Assembly: GCF_037042905.1 (NCBI RefSeq)
Contig: NC_087257.1
Location: forward strand, 7,440,001-7,504,000
Source: Lytechinus pictus
Lineage: Eukaryota
Length of the DNA: 64,000 nt
Reading direction: 5' to 3'
The notes beneath the pieces are model-generated. The model had not been told where the DNA came from. It saw only the letters and a program-made list of their open reading frames with translations, and did no database searches. Shown here in pieces: positions 40,437 through 52,745 of the stretch. The position numbers and the translations under genes were made by a program. Position 1 is the stretch's first letter. Each line of letters starts with the position of its first letter.

Positions 40437-41314
40437 CCCTCACTGGAAATAAAAAAATTTTAGTCTGTGGTACAAACAGGGCTTCCATGCAAGTACTGAA
40501 GGAAACTAAATTTTTCATGTACCACAGAAAATACACCATAACGTCTGTGATACAGTTTCAGTCATATTTCTGGGGTGGCTGCATGAGAAGTACCGAAGGA
40601 AATTTTGAAAGTATAGCACTGGGGTTGCCATAGAATTTTAGAAGTGCCTATATTGAGTCCTGCAGGAAATTTCAAAATTTTCATTTACCACAGAAGTATC
40701 ACAGGGTTTCCATAGAAGTGCCTTTAATAGGATCGAGTACTGCAGGAAATTTCAAAATGTTCATGTACCACAGAAGTATCACAGGGTTTCCATAGAAGTG
40801 CGTAGTAATAGGAGTACTGCAGGAAATTTAAAAAATGTTCATATACAACAGAAGTATCGCAGGGTTGTCATAGAAGTACTGCAGGATATTTTAGAATTTT
40901 CATGTACAACAGAAGTACGACATAACTATCACAGAGTGATATTGTATACAGTTATGTACAACAGAAGTATCACACAGGTACGACAGAGTACCATTAAGGT
41001 ATTGCATGAAATTTTCATATTTTCATGTACCACAGAAGTATGACAGAACTATCACAGAGTGATACCGCAGAAGTCCTGTCGTAATTCTGTATACAGTTTT
41101 GTACAACAGAAGTATCACACAGGTACGACAGAGTACCATTAAGGTATTGCAGGAAATTTTCATATTTTCATGTACCACAGAAGTATGACAGAACTATCAC
41201 AGAGTGATACCACAGAAGTCCTGTGGTAATTCTGCGGTACCGTCGTGTATGACAGAAGTATCACACAGGTACAACAGAGTACCACTAAAGTACTGCAGGA
41301 ATTTTTTGTAAGGG
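40437..41314. repeat. Right subterminal repeat array of the 14.2-kb element
   Basis: Iterated CATGTACCACAGAAGTATCACAG / GTACTGCAGGAAATTT motifs, related to the left array. Confidence 0.85.
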
Positions 41315-41316
41315 TA

Positions 41317-41790
41317 TGGTCGAAGAACCAGGCGTAGTTTCCGGTACTGAACAGATGTCAGTGGTTGCAGTACGGACTCAGACGTGGTCGTGGTACTGAA
41401 CAGACGTGGTTGCAGTGCTGAACAGATGTTGTTGCAGTACGGTATCAGACGTGGTCGCTGTACTGAACAGATCTGGTTGCAGTACGGAATCAGACGTGCA
41501 TGGTTGCAGTAAAAAATCAGACGTGGTTGCAGTACGGAGCAGACGTGGTCGCTGTACTGAACAGACGTGTTAACTGGTCTGAAGCAGACAGACGGACATC
41601 TTGAGCAGACGGCGGATGACATTACATGTAGAGCAGAGTCCATGGGTATGGTATTGGGAGCTTGACTACAGAGGAACCCATACCTATGGTCGTAAGAGCT
41701 TAACTACAGGAATCAGATGCATATGGTCGAGAGAGCTTAATTACACAAGCTAGATGCATATGGTCGGGTGAGCTGTTGGAGCTGACAATA
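41317..41790. repeat. Minisatellite-rich host repeat, continuing 26880-27069
   Basis: About 22-23-bp units CAGACGTGGTTGCAGTACGGAAT. The GGTCTGAAGCAGA and GTAGAGCAGAGTC motifs are shared with 26880-27069. Confidence 0.75.
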
Positions 41791-43477
41791 AAGAGTGTAG
41801 CCGTCTGGAGGTTGCATGGTGGTGGTACTGGCAGGATCGAGGCTTGTGCAAGTGTCGACTGCGGCAGTATATCTCTGCCAAACGGATCCGCGACTAAAAG
41901 TTTGGAAATCGACGTGAAAAAACGACCCGCCGGCGGCAGGCATCCTGACATCGTTCATGCTATACCAACAAGTGGAAACATACTGGTTCAATAAAGTTAA
42001 AAATGATTTTGTAGACTTTGGGATAAGTATGAATATTAGAAGACAGGAAACAACTTTTAAGGTAATCATATAAAAAACAATGTGTATCTCAACAATCTAC
42101 AAGAATTGAATAGATTATAACTCAAGGATGGTCACAGTGATTTTAATATCACCGATGAAGAAATTTGTATTTGTATTTTTTTTTACATAACATGAAAAAA
42201 CAAATCAGGGAATTTCAGTTTATGCTTCAGCATGGAGCAATATATACACAGAACATTTTGAAGAGATTTGGTTTTGTGGTTGGAAATTACTGCTCGTTTT
42301 CTTGTACACATACGGAACCATACTTTAATATACTGATGTATTGTATGAAAGATAAACCTCTGTGGCAATTTCGTATTGACTATTTTTGTTTCGTTGAATA
42401 AAGAACAATGGATATTTTCTTAGGATAACCTGGAAATTCAAATTATTTTATTCGTAAAATATGATGTTTTTTTATTCCGAAGCTGGACGCCGGGTATTCA
42501 TCAAAATGCAGAAATATGTTACGGGTTGTATAGACAAAGAAAGTCTCCTGGCAACGAAGTCAACTAAGATTTCTCATCCGATGTCGATCCGCATGCGTTG
42601 ATTTTGAACGATTCCAGCAAGCGTTCGTTGCGATCAACAGCTACATTCATTATGATGAGAAAAGGGAACCGAGAGTCTTCAGAAAATGTTGTTCACGATG
42701 ACCTACAAAATAAAATGGACATTTAAGAAAGGTTCTCGTGATAACCAGTGTTGATAGGACTGAGCCGAACAAAATCCCCCAAAGGCACTTGGAAGATCCC
42801 AAATTTGATCCACTTCCCAATTTTTTTAAAATAACAATAATTTCGGGAAAAAAATATTTCATTGCTCAAAATTTACACGTGAATGTGTATGCTCGCCTGT
42901 TCACACCGCGGTAGGTTTATTTGTTTTGTTCATTTTACACGTTTATACGATGCAATGCATCCCACTACTTCGGTTGGGATACTTTAGATTGGCAATACTG
43001 TCATTGTATTTTAATGACTTCAGTGTACTATTATTGGGATTGCGTAGGACCACTGATCTGAATATTAATATTCAGATCAGTGCGTAGGACATGCGCTGAT
43101 ACTCTCTTCAGTAGATCGCATTCATAGGTTACTGGAAAAGGGCGATTTTTGCTGCTTTTCACCAAAATCTTCAAAAATCCCCTAAAATATGCCCCCCAAA
43201 AAACAATCCCCATTTATTTAAATCCCCAATAATTTTTTTCACCCCCAAAGGATTCTAAAAATCCTTAGATTTTCCAAATAGGGGATGAAAATCACATATT
43301 GCAACACTGATGATTAAAAAATAATGTCATCTATAGTTTGCTTTTCCTTGATGGAGCGAACACAGTGTTTCACAGTACATGTATGTTACGCCGGCTGTAT
43401 TTCATTGTATTAGAATTGTGTTCACATAATGGAATATGTGACATTATGATCCACACTTTTAAATTACTTAGATTTAA

Positions 43478-44026
43478 AGGACGTGTGCACCCCAACAAAG
43501 AGTTGATTTGAATAGAAGGAGAAAAATCCAACTATAGCATAACACTATAATGTTAATCAAAATGATATGTAAAATGGTATGTACAATAAAAAGGTTATTA
43601 CATTTTAAAGTTTCGCAAAATAATTGAAAAGTTTCACAAAACAGTTATATGCACATCCTGGTCGGTATGTAAATGAGGGGACTGATGACGTCACCCACTA
43701 ACTATTTTTTTTTTTTGAAATATGAAATATTTTGATTTTCTCCTCATGGTCATGTGTAAGAAAGATTTATTCCCGCCTAAACATGTGTAATGACCATTGT
43801 TATAACATTTTGCAGTTCAGTCAGGTTGGTCATTATCGTCAAATCCGTGAAAAATTGAAATGTACTATAATTTAAACAATAAAAAAATAAAGAAATAGTA
43901 GTGATTTGCATATCACTGAGACTTTCTCATTTTAAATCCGATTTTGATGAAATTTCCAGAATTATGCTTGTTTGATTGTTATCAATTGATTCAAATCAAC
44001 ATTTTTTTCTGGAGTGGACTTGCCCT
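43478..44026. repeat. Kolobok-like MITE
   Basis: TTAA-AGG...CACCCCAACAAAGAGTTGATTTGAAT left end and an inverted right end ...GTGGACTTGCCCT; same family as 52431-52745. Confidence 0.7.
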
Positions 44027-46410
44027 GTGTCAGGAACAAACTTGGACTCCACAAATTTCCACCTAAACAACTGATTTCATATACTTTTTAACTCAAGTTT
44101 AATGCCTCATGAAAATAATTGTCACTCACATTTACAAGACTAAACTCACGTAGCGAAAATTGTATCAAGTAATCAAGTATTTTCCAAACATTTCATACAC
44201 TGAAGTCAAATGTAGGATTACATGCAATCTATTGAACATTATATGGAACATCCCAACCAACTGAATTCAGTTATGCAAATATATGAATCGACAATCTTTG
44301 AGTACAGGTATAAAGTATGAGTATGAATAAAATAACAAAAATATCATAATACTGTTCATAAGTGGTAGCAAAGTCTTGTAGGCCCAACAGTCCTACTTTA
44401 TCACGTTATAGTTATGCAGATGTATTCCAGTTTAGAATATCAGATTGAACGAACCATTAGCTGGGTGCGTGAAGAAAACAGACGATGGGCAAACAAACCC
44501 CAGTCACACAGAGCTAGTCCAGCAATTCCCGATTCACACAGGTACGATAATCTTCTCATAGAACGTTGAATGCACCACCCAAGCTCGTGATCCGGGTCAC
44601 GCACATGAGTGCAAGCTGGTAAGGTCAAATCCCCCAAATCCCTCTTTGAAGAGGAGTCACCTGAAATAGTATAAGCGACGTTTACCATAGTAATTGCATA
44701 GACAATGATTTGTGATTAACACATACAAGTCATAGACGTATTCGTAGGTACTGCCCGTCTCTTCGTGCTGGAATTCACCTATCCACAGCTCCTTTAGGAG
44801 GGTGAGAGGTACACGGACAAGTCTGCTATAGATCAACTCAAACGGCGAGAAACCTAAGCTTGCCTGCGGGGCCTCACGATAGGTGAAAAGCAGTGCTCCA
44901 AGGTATCGATCCCAGTCACTTGGTTTCTCTGCACACATTCAGCGGAACATCATCTTCAATGTTCCGTTGAATCTTTCCACCAACCCGTGATCCTTTGTCA
45001 CTCAAAATTTCCTGTGGCACACCAATACGAGAAAAAATATCTACAAGAGCATCAACAATGGTTACTGCTTCACTATTTTCCATAGCAACTGCGTTAGGGT
45101 ACCGGGTGGCAAAATCTACTAGGGTTAGTATGTGCTTGTTGCCTCAAGATGTCCGTGGTTCTGTAGGACCCACAATGTCTACAGCTACACGTTTGAATGG
45201 CGTGACGATAATGGGCATGGCACCCAATTTAACTTTCTGCACTCTTCCTTTTGGATAGGTTCTTTGGCAAATGTCACATGATTGGACGAAGCGAGATATA
45301 TCCCCAATAATACCCGGCCCGTAGAAATTTCTCAATATTCGGTCAGAGGTCTCCTTGATTCCTTGATGACTACCAAGGAGTGATTCACGTGCTATCTTAA
45401 TCACTTGCCTGCGAAGTGATGTTGATGGAAGGACTATCTGCATATCAGTTAGATCAGTACTGGGGTCTTTGTAATCCATGTACAGCATCACCTTTTCCAC
45501 AAGAAACCGTGATACAGATCTCACTTTACTAACCTTAGGATCACTGTCTTGTGCTAGCTGGAAGCAACGACTTAGGGAGGAGTCAGACTGTTGCTCGCTT
45601 TGTAGGGACTGTACATTCACCACATCGGTAATAGGAGGAGGTACTTTCAGAGGTTAAATTGGTCTGTCAGTCCCTGCTTTCTGGGCTCTGGTCTGTACAG
45701 CTTGAGCCTGGTCGAGTGAATCAGCCGACGGGTGCTTGGTTGCTCTATTTCAGATGTTGAGTAGTCAGGCTTCCACTCTGGGTCTGGGTCTGTTGGGCGG
45801 GGACGCCTCTTATGTTCCCTTAAACAAGATCATAAATCTGTTTTTTTTACACATAGAGCAGGAACATCGCCCCTATAAAATGGGGGTATCAACGTGAACA
45901 CGTGCTACTGGGATCTTTCTGACTGTGCGGTCAATCAACACACGAACCCTGATCTCACCGGTCAGTTGGTCCTCGCATGGACAAGGCCCTTTCGGATAAC
46001 TCCGCTACATCCACTATCTCTGAGGACTTTAACTGGCTGTTTACCAACAAAACCCGTAACTACTGGCATGTCCTCGGAGTTCCTCTCCCCACATGCTGCA
46101 GACAATATAGGAAGTTGGTGACCGCATCTCAGTGTTACTCAGTCTAAATCAAAACAGCAACCTTTTTTTTTTACCTTTTCAGGAAAAGCACAAAAAGCGA
46201 CAACATCCTGTTCAGGATGTGTCAGGTTATTGTTTGTCGAAGGACGATTAGGAGTCGCCAGGCTGAGCTTCCTATCAGGTTGGCAGAATTGGGAGAATGT
46301 TGATCTCATCGCTTCAACATAATGCTCAGCCAGCTGCCCAAGCTCTTCAAGTGTTGTCACGCTGCGTTCCTTTAAAAAAATCAACAGATCTGAACAACAT
46401 TTGATTAAAT

Positions 46411-48285
46411 CGTCGGCGGTCATCCGAACTGTCTTATCGCATATACGACGGTGCAAACCCGTTTTAGAGAAACTCGACTTCAAAGTTAACTATAATTTTC
46501 ACACTTAGTTCCCCGGCCTTACAACATATTCATTGCTAGAAAAAAAAAAGGTTGGAAAGAGCAAGACAATTGCTTGACATTGGTATTGGTATTTTTTTTG
46601 AAAAAACAAGGATCCGAGAAAATATCGCAAAAGAGCTACATGCTTGTAATTTCGGTTTGAGTGGCTTAGATTTTCCATGTACAAAAAGGCCGTAGAGAAA
46701 AAGCGATACGACGTTTTGACTGACCGCGATTTCAATGCGCGCGATCAGTCAAAACTTCGTATCGCTTTTCACGTGCAAAGTCAATGCAGTGCCCAGTGCC
46801 GATACGACGCATTGACATCGCGGTCAGTCAAAACGTCGTATCGCTCTGTTACAGTACACGTTTCCAATGGGATTTGCGCATTTTATTAAAAGTTTGCATA
46901 ACACCGCCGTGAAAATCCTCTCATATCTCAAAAAATAAAATAAATAACTACCTAGAAATTTGGTTACGAATAGAGTAGGACTTGTACTGTCAATTTCTGC
47001 AAAAATCTCAAAATCGATTTTTGGACCAAAATTGACTGATACGGCGCACAGTGGGCCAGAATGAGTTGAAAGTGCGCCAAAATTATATTCCGTGTTAGAT
47101 TTTTACTTTAATATGTTGATAACGGGTAATTTTGGGCGTAGAATCGACTGAACATAATCTAAAGCCGATTTGACGTCACCTTGATACCAAATTTTGATTG
47201 GCTACTTAAAACCTATCTGTGAAGACAAATTACGCTAGACAATGTGTAGTATATAAATTTGTGTTATGTGCTACTTTAAGATTGACCAGAGTGAATGTTG
47301 GTTTAGGCTTCTCACATGCCTAAAAAGTGTGTATGAGATCCTGAAAATAATTTTATGGCATCAAAATGATCATTAATTAGATTTATAAAAAGAAAAAATA
47401 AAATCTGAAAAATATTAACCGTGCTTTATGAAGCTGTGTTGACTTGTGTAAAATGCAGTGTATATAGCACCAAGAATGTATCACTATGAGGAGGGTTTTT
47501 GGCTGAAATTATTCTACAAGTAAGTTTTAACTCTGGAAGAGTTGTGGGTATAGCCCTTATTTGCGTTAGCAACCTTTATTTTGTTTACATTTTGCCCGGA
47601 ATTCATGTCATTTTCATGGAATGGAAGGGGAATCGTCCTCGCCGTGCAAAAGCGAACGGCAATGTACACCCATACGGTGCGCTACGATGACTGCGCGGTA
47701 TAAAATGACCGTTTTTGAACAGGTTTTGGGGGTGTTGTGTCAAGTAAAATCGGCTCTCAAATGGCAACGGGCAAAAACGGGCAGCTAAATTTGGTATTGT
47801 CTTAAAGCTTAGACATCAGAAAAAATGATGATGATAGAAATTAGACGGAAATCCAAACGTTTCTAATGTAAATGCAAAAAACATGGATTTTCAGCCTATT
47901 TCGAGGAATAATCATACTATAAACCTCCTGAAAGGTGTCTTTTATCTACTTTGAACCCTTTCACACACAAAAAAAAATATATCAGGATTATGTTGGAGCC
48001 ATTTCAGATTCCTACATGAAAAACCTCCTGGGAAATTGCCTGTTTTTCAACTAGGTTGTCATATACGCGACATGTCGCAAAATGTCACATTTTACGATTT
48101 GAGGTTGGAAATTAACAACCTTTATGCAAATTTCGGAATGAAATATTTTGCTGAAGTATTCTTCAAAGTGTTGTCTTTCAATTGGGCATAACAAAAAATA
48201 AAAATCTAAAATTGCCCAAAATGACTTTTGGCGCACTTTTGTTTCGCCCCGGCCCACTGTGCGGCGGTTCGGATGATCGTCGACG
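46411..48285. mobile_element. Sola1-like non-autonomous element inserted in the Gypsy gag
   Basis: TIR CGTCG(G/A)CG(G/A)TCATCCGAAC with 4-bp TSD AAAT (AWWT type). Removing it restores the gag frame REQYLIKCC. Internal palindrome at about 46700-46845. Confidence 0.75.
47047..48261. mobile_element. Non-autonomous Transib/RAG-like DNA transposon with RSS-like ends
   Basis: Both ends begin CACAGTGGGCC and share AAAGTGCGCCAAAA further in; perfect 5-bp GC-rich TSD CGGCG (47042-47046 and 48262-48266). No transposase ORF. Confidence 0.9.
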
Positions 48286-49713
48286 AAATATTGCTCACGT
48301 ATCATTATATTTTTCAATTTTTAGAAGTTGGTACCAATGCTAGCAAATTTTACCCATTTATCAAGTAAATTCTCTCATCTGAGAATAAATTCATGAGAGT
48401 TTTCATCTTTTTCTGGTCTAGCATTGCGAAATTTCTTGCGGAAGCCTTCCTCTGTCAAGTTAAAACGAGTAAAGAGGGCTTCTTTCAATAATGATCTTGG
48501 GAATTCCTTGCAGGCTACCTAGCATATACCTGCAAGGCCTTGTCAGAGAGCAGAGCATACTTCTCGAACCGGAGGATATAACTATCAAGATCATCATTTT
48601 CCTCATTGAATATGGGCAATTTAGGCACTTTAGGTTTTGTATCAGGTAATGTTTCCTCATTCTCAATTCTAGAGTCAGAGAGTTTTGTTTTGAGTTCCAG
48701 AATAGCGATTTCATTTCGTTTCAATTCCAGTAAATGCACTCGCTCTTCTCTTTTTTTTTTATAATTCTGTTTTTATTAAAAAATTTAGAAAATCACAATA
48801 TTTACAAGAATTATTGCATAATTAAAGTACAAAATCAAGGTAACAAGAAAATAAAATGAATGACTGCAGAACAAAGATTTTAAAAATCTCTCATTCAAGG
48901 ATGAATTTCGTATTGGATTTAAGCCCTAAAGAAATACACTTCCCTTTCTTTGGTGTGCACAACCTCTTTGAAACAGATTATGGACTAGTATAGCTGATGC
49001 AGGGCCGCGTTGCGATCCACAAACATACCTTCCACATGCACACAACACAGCAACATTCTCGCTCCCCGCCCCCCTCTCTCTTTCACTCTCTCCCTCTCTC
49101 ACTCACTTACTCACTCTCCATAAAAATACATCGCTCGCAAAGACTTTGATTTAGAAAATCGCACCGCGGCCCAATCTCATCAGATCCAGTAGCACTGATC
49201 AAGAAATTACGTACGTGCACCATGCACGAAAACCTGCCCGGAGTCTGCTGACTGTCTATCTCTTACAAATACAAACATGGATATAACAATGACGATCGCC
49301 TTTTATATATATAAAATCGCCTTGTATATATAAATTGTTGCTTAATCATGATAATAGAAAAAGATATGGTTTAGATAGAAGAGATTCAAATTTAAGATAC
49401 CTTTTGTAAGATAAATGGAAAATAGAATAATTACAAACAAGAATTGAAAATGCCAGATAAGAGATTCTGGAAAAAATCTTAAATGTATTGTGATGTTTAT
49501 GACATATGAATTATGAATAAATCCCTCATTTCGAGGTACAAACAAGTGTCGATTTAGAGAGTGTATCATGTAGAACGTGTTTCAAATGTTAAAATGCACA
49601 TATTTTGTTATTTATACATACATAAGGACATTAGTCCTTAGGTCGTTTTGTCCACACGTGGTCATTTGTACGCAAGATTCCGCCAATGGTGTCATTAGAT
49701 CCTGGGCGACTGC

Positions 49714-49925
49714 TTGGTTCCCCGTGATGGTGACACGACATTGGCTCCGGCGGCAATTGCTAGGGGCTTTATTTCGTCCAGGGTATATAGGGCTAGGGTT
49801 GCAATAGGGTTTTACGTTAGGTTAAGGGTAAAGTTTAGAATAGGGTACAGTTATAAATCTAGGGTTGAAGTTAGTCATTCCAGTATTGCGTGGAATTGTC
49901 GCCGGAGCAAATGTCATGGAACCAA
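49714..49925. repeat. Small palindromic repeat with TAGGGT-rich core
   Basis: Inverted GACATTGGCTCCGGCGGCAATT / AATTGTCGCCGGAGCAAATGTC flanking degenerate (T)AGGGTT units. Confidence 0.65.
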
Positions 49926-52430
49926 CCACCCTGTGACATCGCGTTTTGTATAAAGGTACCTTACAGTGATCCTTCTTGCTTTCAAAGGATTGTTCCCTCT
50001 TGGAAACCAAGGAAATGATCGCATTTACTTGATAAATGGATCTACATTTATGTTTCTATTTTCAACTCGTGGTGGTTCGAAGGCTGCCCTTAGGGAAGGT
50101 ATTGTGTAAGCCAGATGTCGCATATTCTTTAAAATGCATTTCCAAGCTATACCTGTATACGGCGATATTTTGGCTGCATCTGTATTTTTTTTTATTCACG
50201 ACTTTGTAAAGGTCGTACCCCTCATATTTATGTCCAGTGATATCAGGGAATTTCTCTCGACATCACATGCCCTCCCTCAACCCCCCCCCCCACACACAGA
50301 CACAATAGCGTATCCAGCATCAAGTATGACAAAGAAATGTATGGGCCCAAGCAGAAGCATAATAGAGTCACTACTGTCCCCAGACATGAAATGCTTTGTG
50401 AATACGCGCATGCCCTCACACACACACACACACACACAAAACCATCTAAAATCAATGATGCTCTTATACTTTTTTTGTGCAGGAGTAAATTGGGACTGTT
50501 CCAGATAGGTCTCAGGAAGGTCTGTTACTAATAATTTATCCACATTTAATGTATGAATGGAAACATAATGCAGGTCCATATCAATGGGTTAAGGTTATCT
50601 GAAATTCAGACGTTTTGTCGTTCTTGTGCATACGGCACGGGCCGCATGTAACCCTCCCACTCCCCCCCCCCCCCCGGCCCCGGATCCGCCACTGGTGCCA
50701 TCCGGCCCGACAAGCGTTGACGTTTTGGATCTTTGTTCAGAAACAGGAGCCGATATTCCATGAAGCCACTAACATGACTAACGTGTATTTGCATGTGACG
50801 GCCCTATGAGGTCAATACTGTTTATGTATATATTTACATCATTGACCAGAGGAGTGAATGCATCCATCGTATTCATGGGCACTTAGAACGATCTTTTCTC
50901 TCTGGCTCTTTGGGATACCGTTTTTAGATTTTAGATCGATTGGCTCTGAAGAGGCCAGATGTTCTGTACTAAGTCGATCTTCATCTGCGCCGCGGGTAAG
51001 CAAATTTACTGTTTTATGTTGACTTTCAGTAGCAGACCTATCATCTTCATCGGGATTCCTTTATCGTCCATATCAATAATCACCCTCGAACGACATCGTT
51101 TGCTGAATTCGGGCATCATTCAAAGGGGGGGGGGAACCACCTCATAGTTTTATGAAAAGTTAAATTGACCATGCTCAAATAAAAGTCGATTATAGGTTTT
51201 AGCAAATTCCACTTAATTTGCATGCCACTATTCCAATAAATTACAACCTCATTAGAATGTGCATACCATAATTTTAATGAACATTAATGGAAATTTGATT
51301 TGATGAGGGTACCCATACACACATACTGTGTGTTCATGTATGTAAGCGGATGTTTTTTTATAAGTGTATATACTGTATATAACACATTATTATGTGGACA
51401 ACTCGCACTCAGTTATAAACGCACACACACACACAGCCTTGTATTTTGACCATCGGGGACTCACTTATCATTAATCGCCAAAGTGGGGGCGTGTGTCTGC
51501 GGGCTCATATATTCTATTTTTAATTCAATCCATTAACCGGGCTAAACAGTGAGGCTTCCTGTCACCCTACATACACAACCTGAGCTTAATAGGCCGAACG
51601 GGACTTTTTAGATATCACGAGTTTACTATAAATGTTTGAAATGAGGTAATGATGCGATTGACATGGTTACCAGGATCGGGGGCGTCCCTGGTTATAGGAC
51701 GTCCCCGATTGACGGGTAAAATGTAAAAAGAATCACCAATACACACATCCCGCCACACGGGAAAACTGTGATATCCGGTACTGTCCTAATAGAGAGAGAG
51801 GCATATAATATGGGAATATGCATACGATGAAAGTAAAAAATAATAGTTCAAATTTAACCGAGAAATATGTTAATGTTAATTAATTACGCACATGATAGCT
51901 GTTGTAAACATTAATGTCATTTATACACATTGTAATGCTTCAAGGGATCCACATCTTACACAATATCGGAATTATCAAATAAATATGATTTTTTTTTTCT
52001 TGTTGCGAAGTGGGAATTATATCTTCAGGGTAGTGTAGCAACAACGGGAAAGGCAATTTATGACACAAAATATACTACATACCTAATGTAATCACTGTTA
52101 AGTAAAATGAAGCACCCCTAGAATTACTTTTGGGGCTGCTTGTATTAATCACCATAGGCAGTACCCCAAGGTATCGGATGTGTAACAATATACAAATGTA
52201 ACAAAAAAAAAACTTTAATTTCGTAGTGAAACATTTTTTCTTTGCGCTTTTCAAATTTATCGGAACCAATTAATTGATTTCTATTTTGTAGTGCAAACCC
52301 CCTTTTTTTTCTTTGCTTTTCAAATTTTGTCGGGACCAATTTGACAACTTTTTCTTATTTTGCTTTTCAAATTTACTTCAGCACCTCACAAAAAAAACGT
52401 ATCCAGGGCCTTGCGGTCAGTCTTCCTTAA

Positions 52431-52745
52431 AGGAAAAGTCCACCCCAACAAAAAGTTGATTTGAATGAAAAAGAGAAAAATCAAAACAAGCATAACACTG
52501 AAAATTTCATCAAAATCGGATGCAAAATAAGAAAGTTATGACATTTTAAAGTTTTGCTTAATTTCACAAAACAGTTATATGCACATCCTGTTGGGTGTGC
52601 TAATGAGGAGACTGATGACGTCATCCACTCAATTGTCATAACTTTCTTATTTTACATCCGATTTTGATGAAAATTTTCAGTATTTTGCTCGTTTGGTTTT
52701 TGTCTATTTATTCAAATCAACATTTTTTGTGGGGTGGACTTGACC
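52431..52745. repeat. Kolobok-like MITE, internally deleted
   Basis: TTAA-flanked AGGAAAAGTCCACCCC / GGGGTGGACTTGACC with long inverted arms. Confidence 0.75.

Larger units (their letters stand above)
27072..41314. mobile_element. 14.2-kb non-autonomous TIR DNA element (CMC/EnSpm-like architecture)
   Basis: 26-bp TIR CCCTTACAAAAAATTCCTG(T/C)AGTACT with one mismatch, TA on both sides and about 1-kb subterminal repeat arrays at each end. The flanks rejoin as ACCCATACA-TA-TGGTCG, matching an uninterrupted unit (ACCCATACCTATGGTCG) at about 41676. Confidence 0.75.
44028..48750 (-). mobile_element. Degenerate Gmr1-type Gypsy LTR retrotransposon (gag/SCAN-like, protease, integrase, partial 3' LTR; RT absent)
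   Basis: Gag PKLPIFNEENDDLDSYILRFEKYA and REQY|LIKCCSDLLIFLKER; protease LRDSGCS at about 46005-46025; integrase zinc-binding (SHQG...SCDICQR), PFKRVAVDIVGP and WDRYLGALLFTYRE..QASLGFSPFEL. The LTR-like segment ends ...TGACA at 44028. Confidence 0.88.

Noticed and set aside
49780-49870. Interstitial telomere-like (T)TAGGG tract
   Set aside because: Highly degenerate and enclosed by MITE inverted repeats; not a true telomeric array.
50100-51140. Patches of open frame on the minus strand
   Set aside because: No consistent splice or phase model, interrupted by microsatellites and a hAT end, and no recognisable domain.
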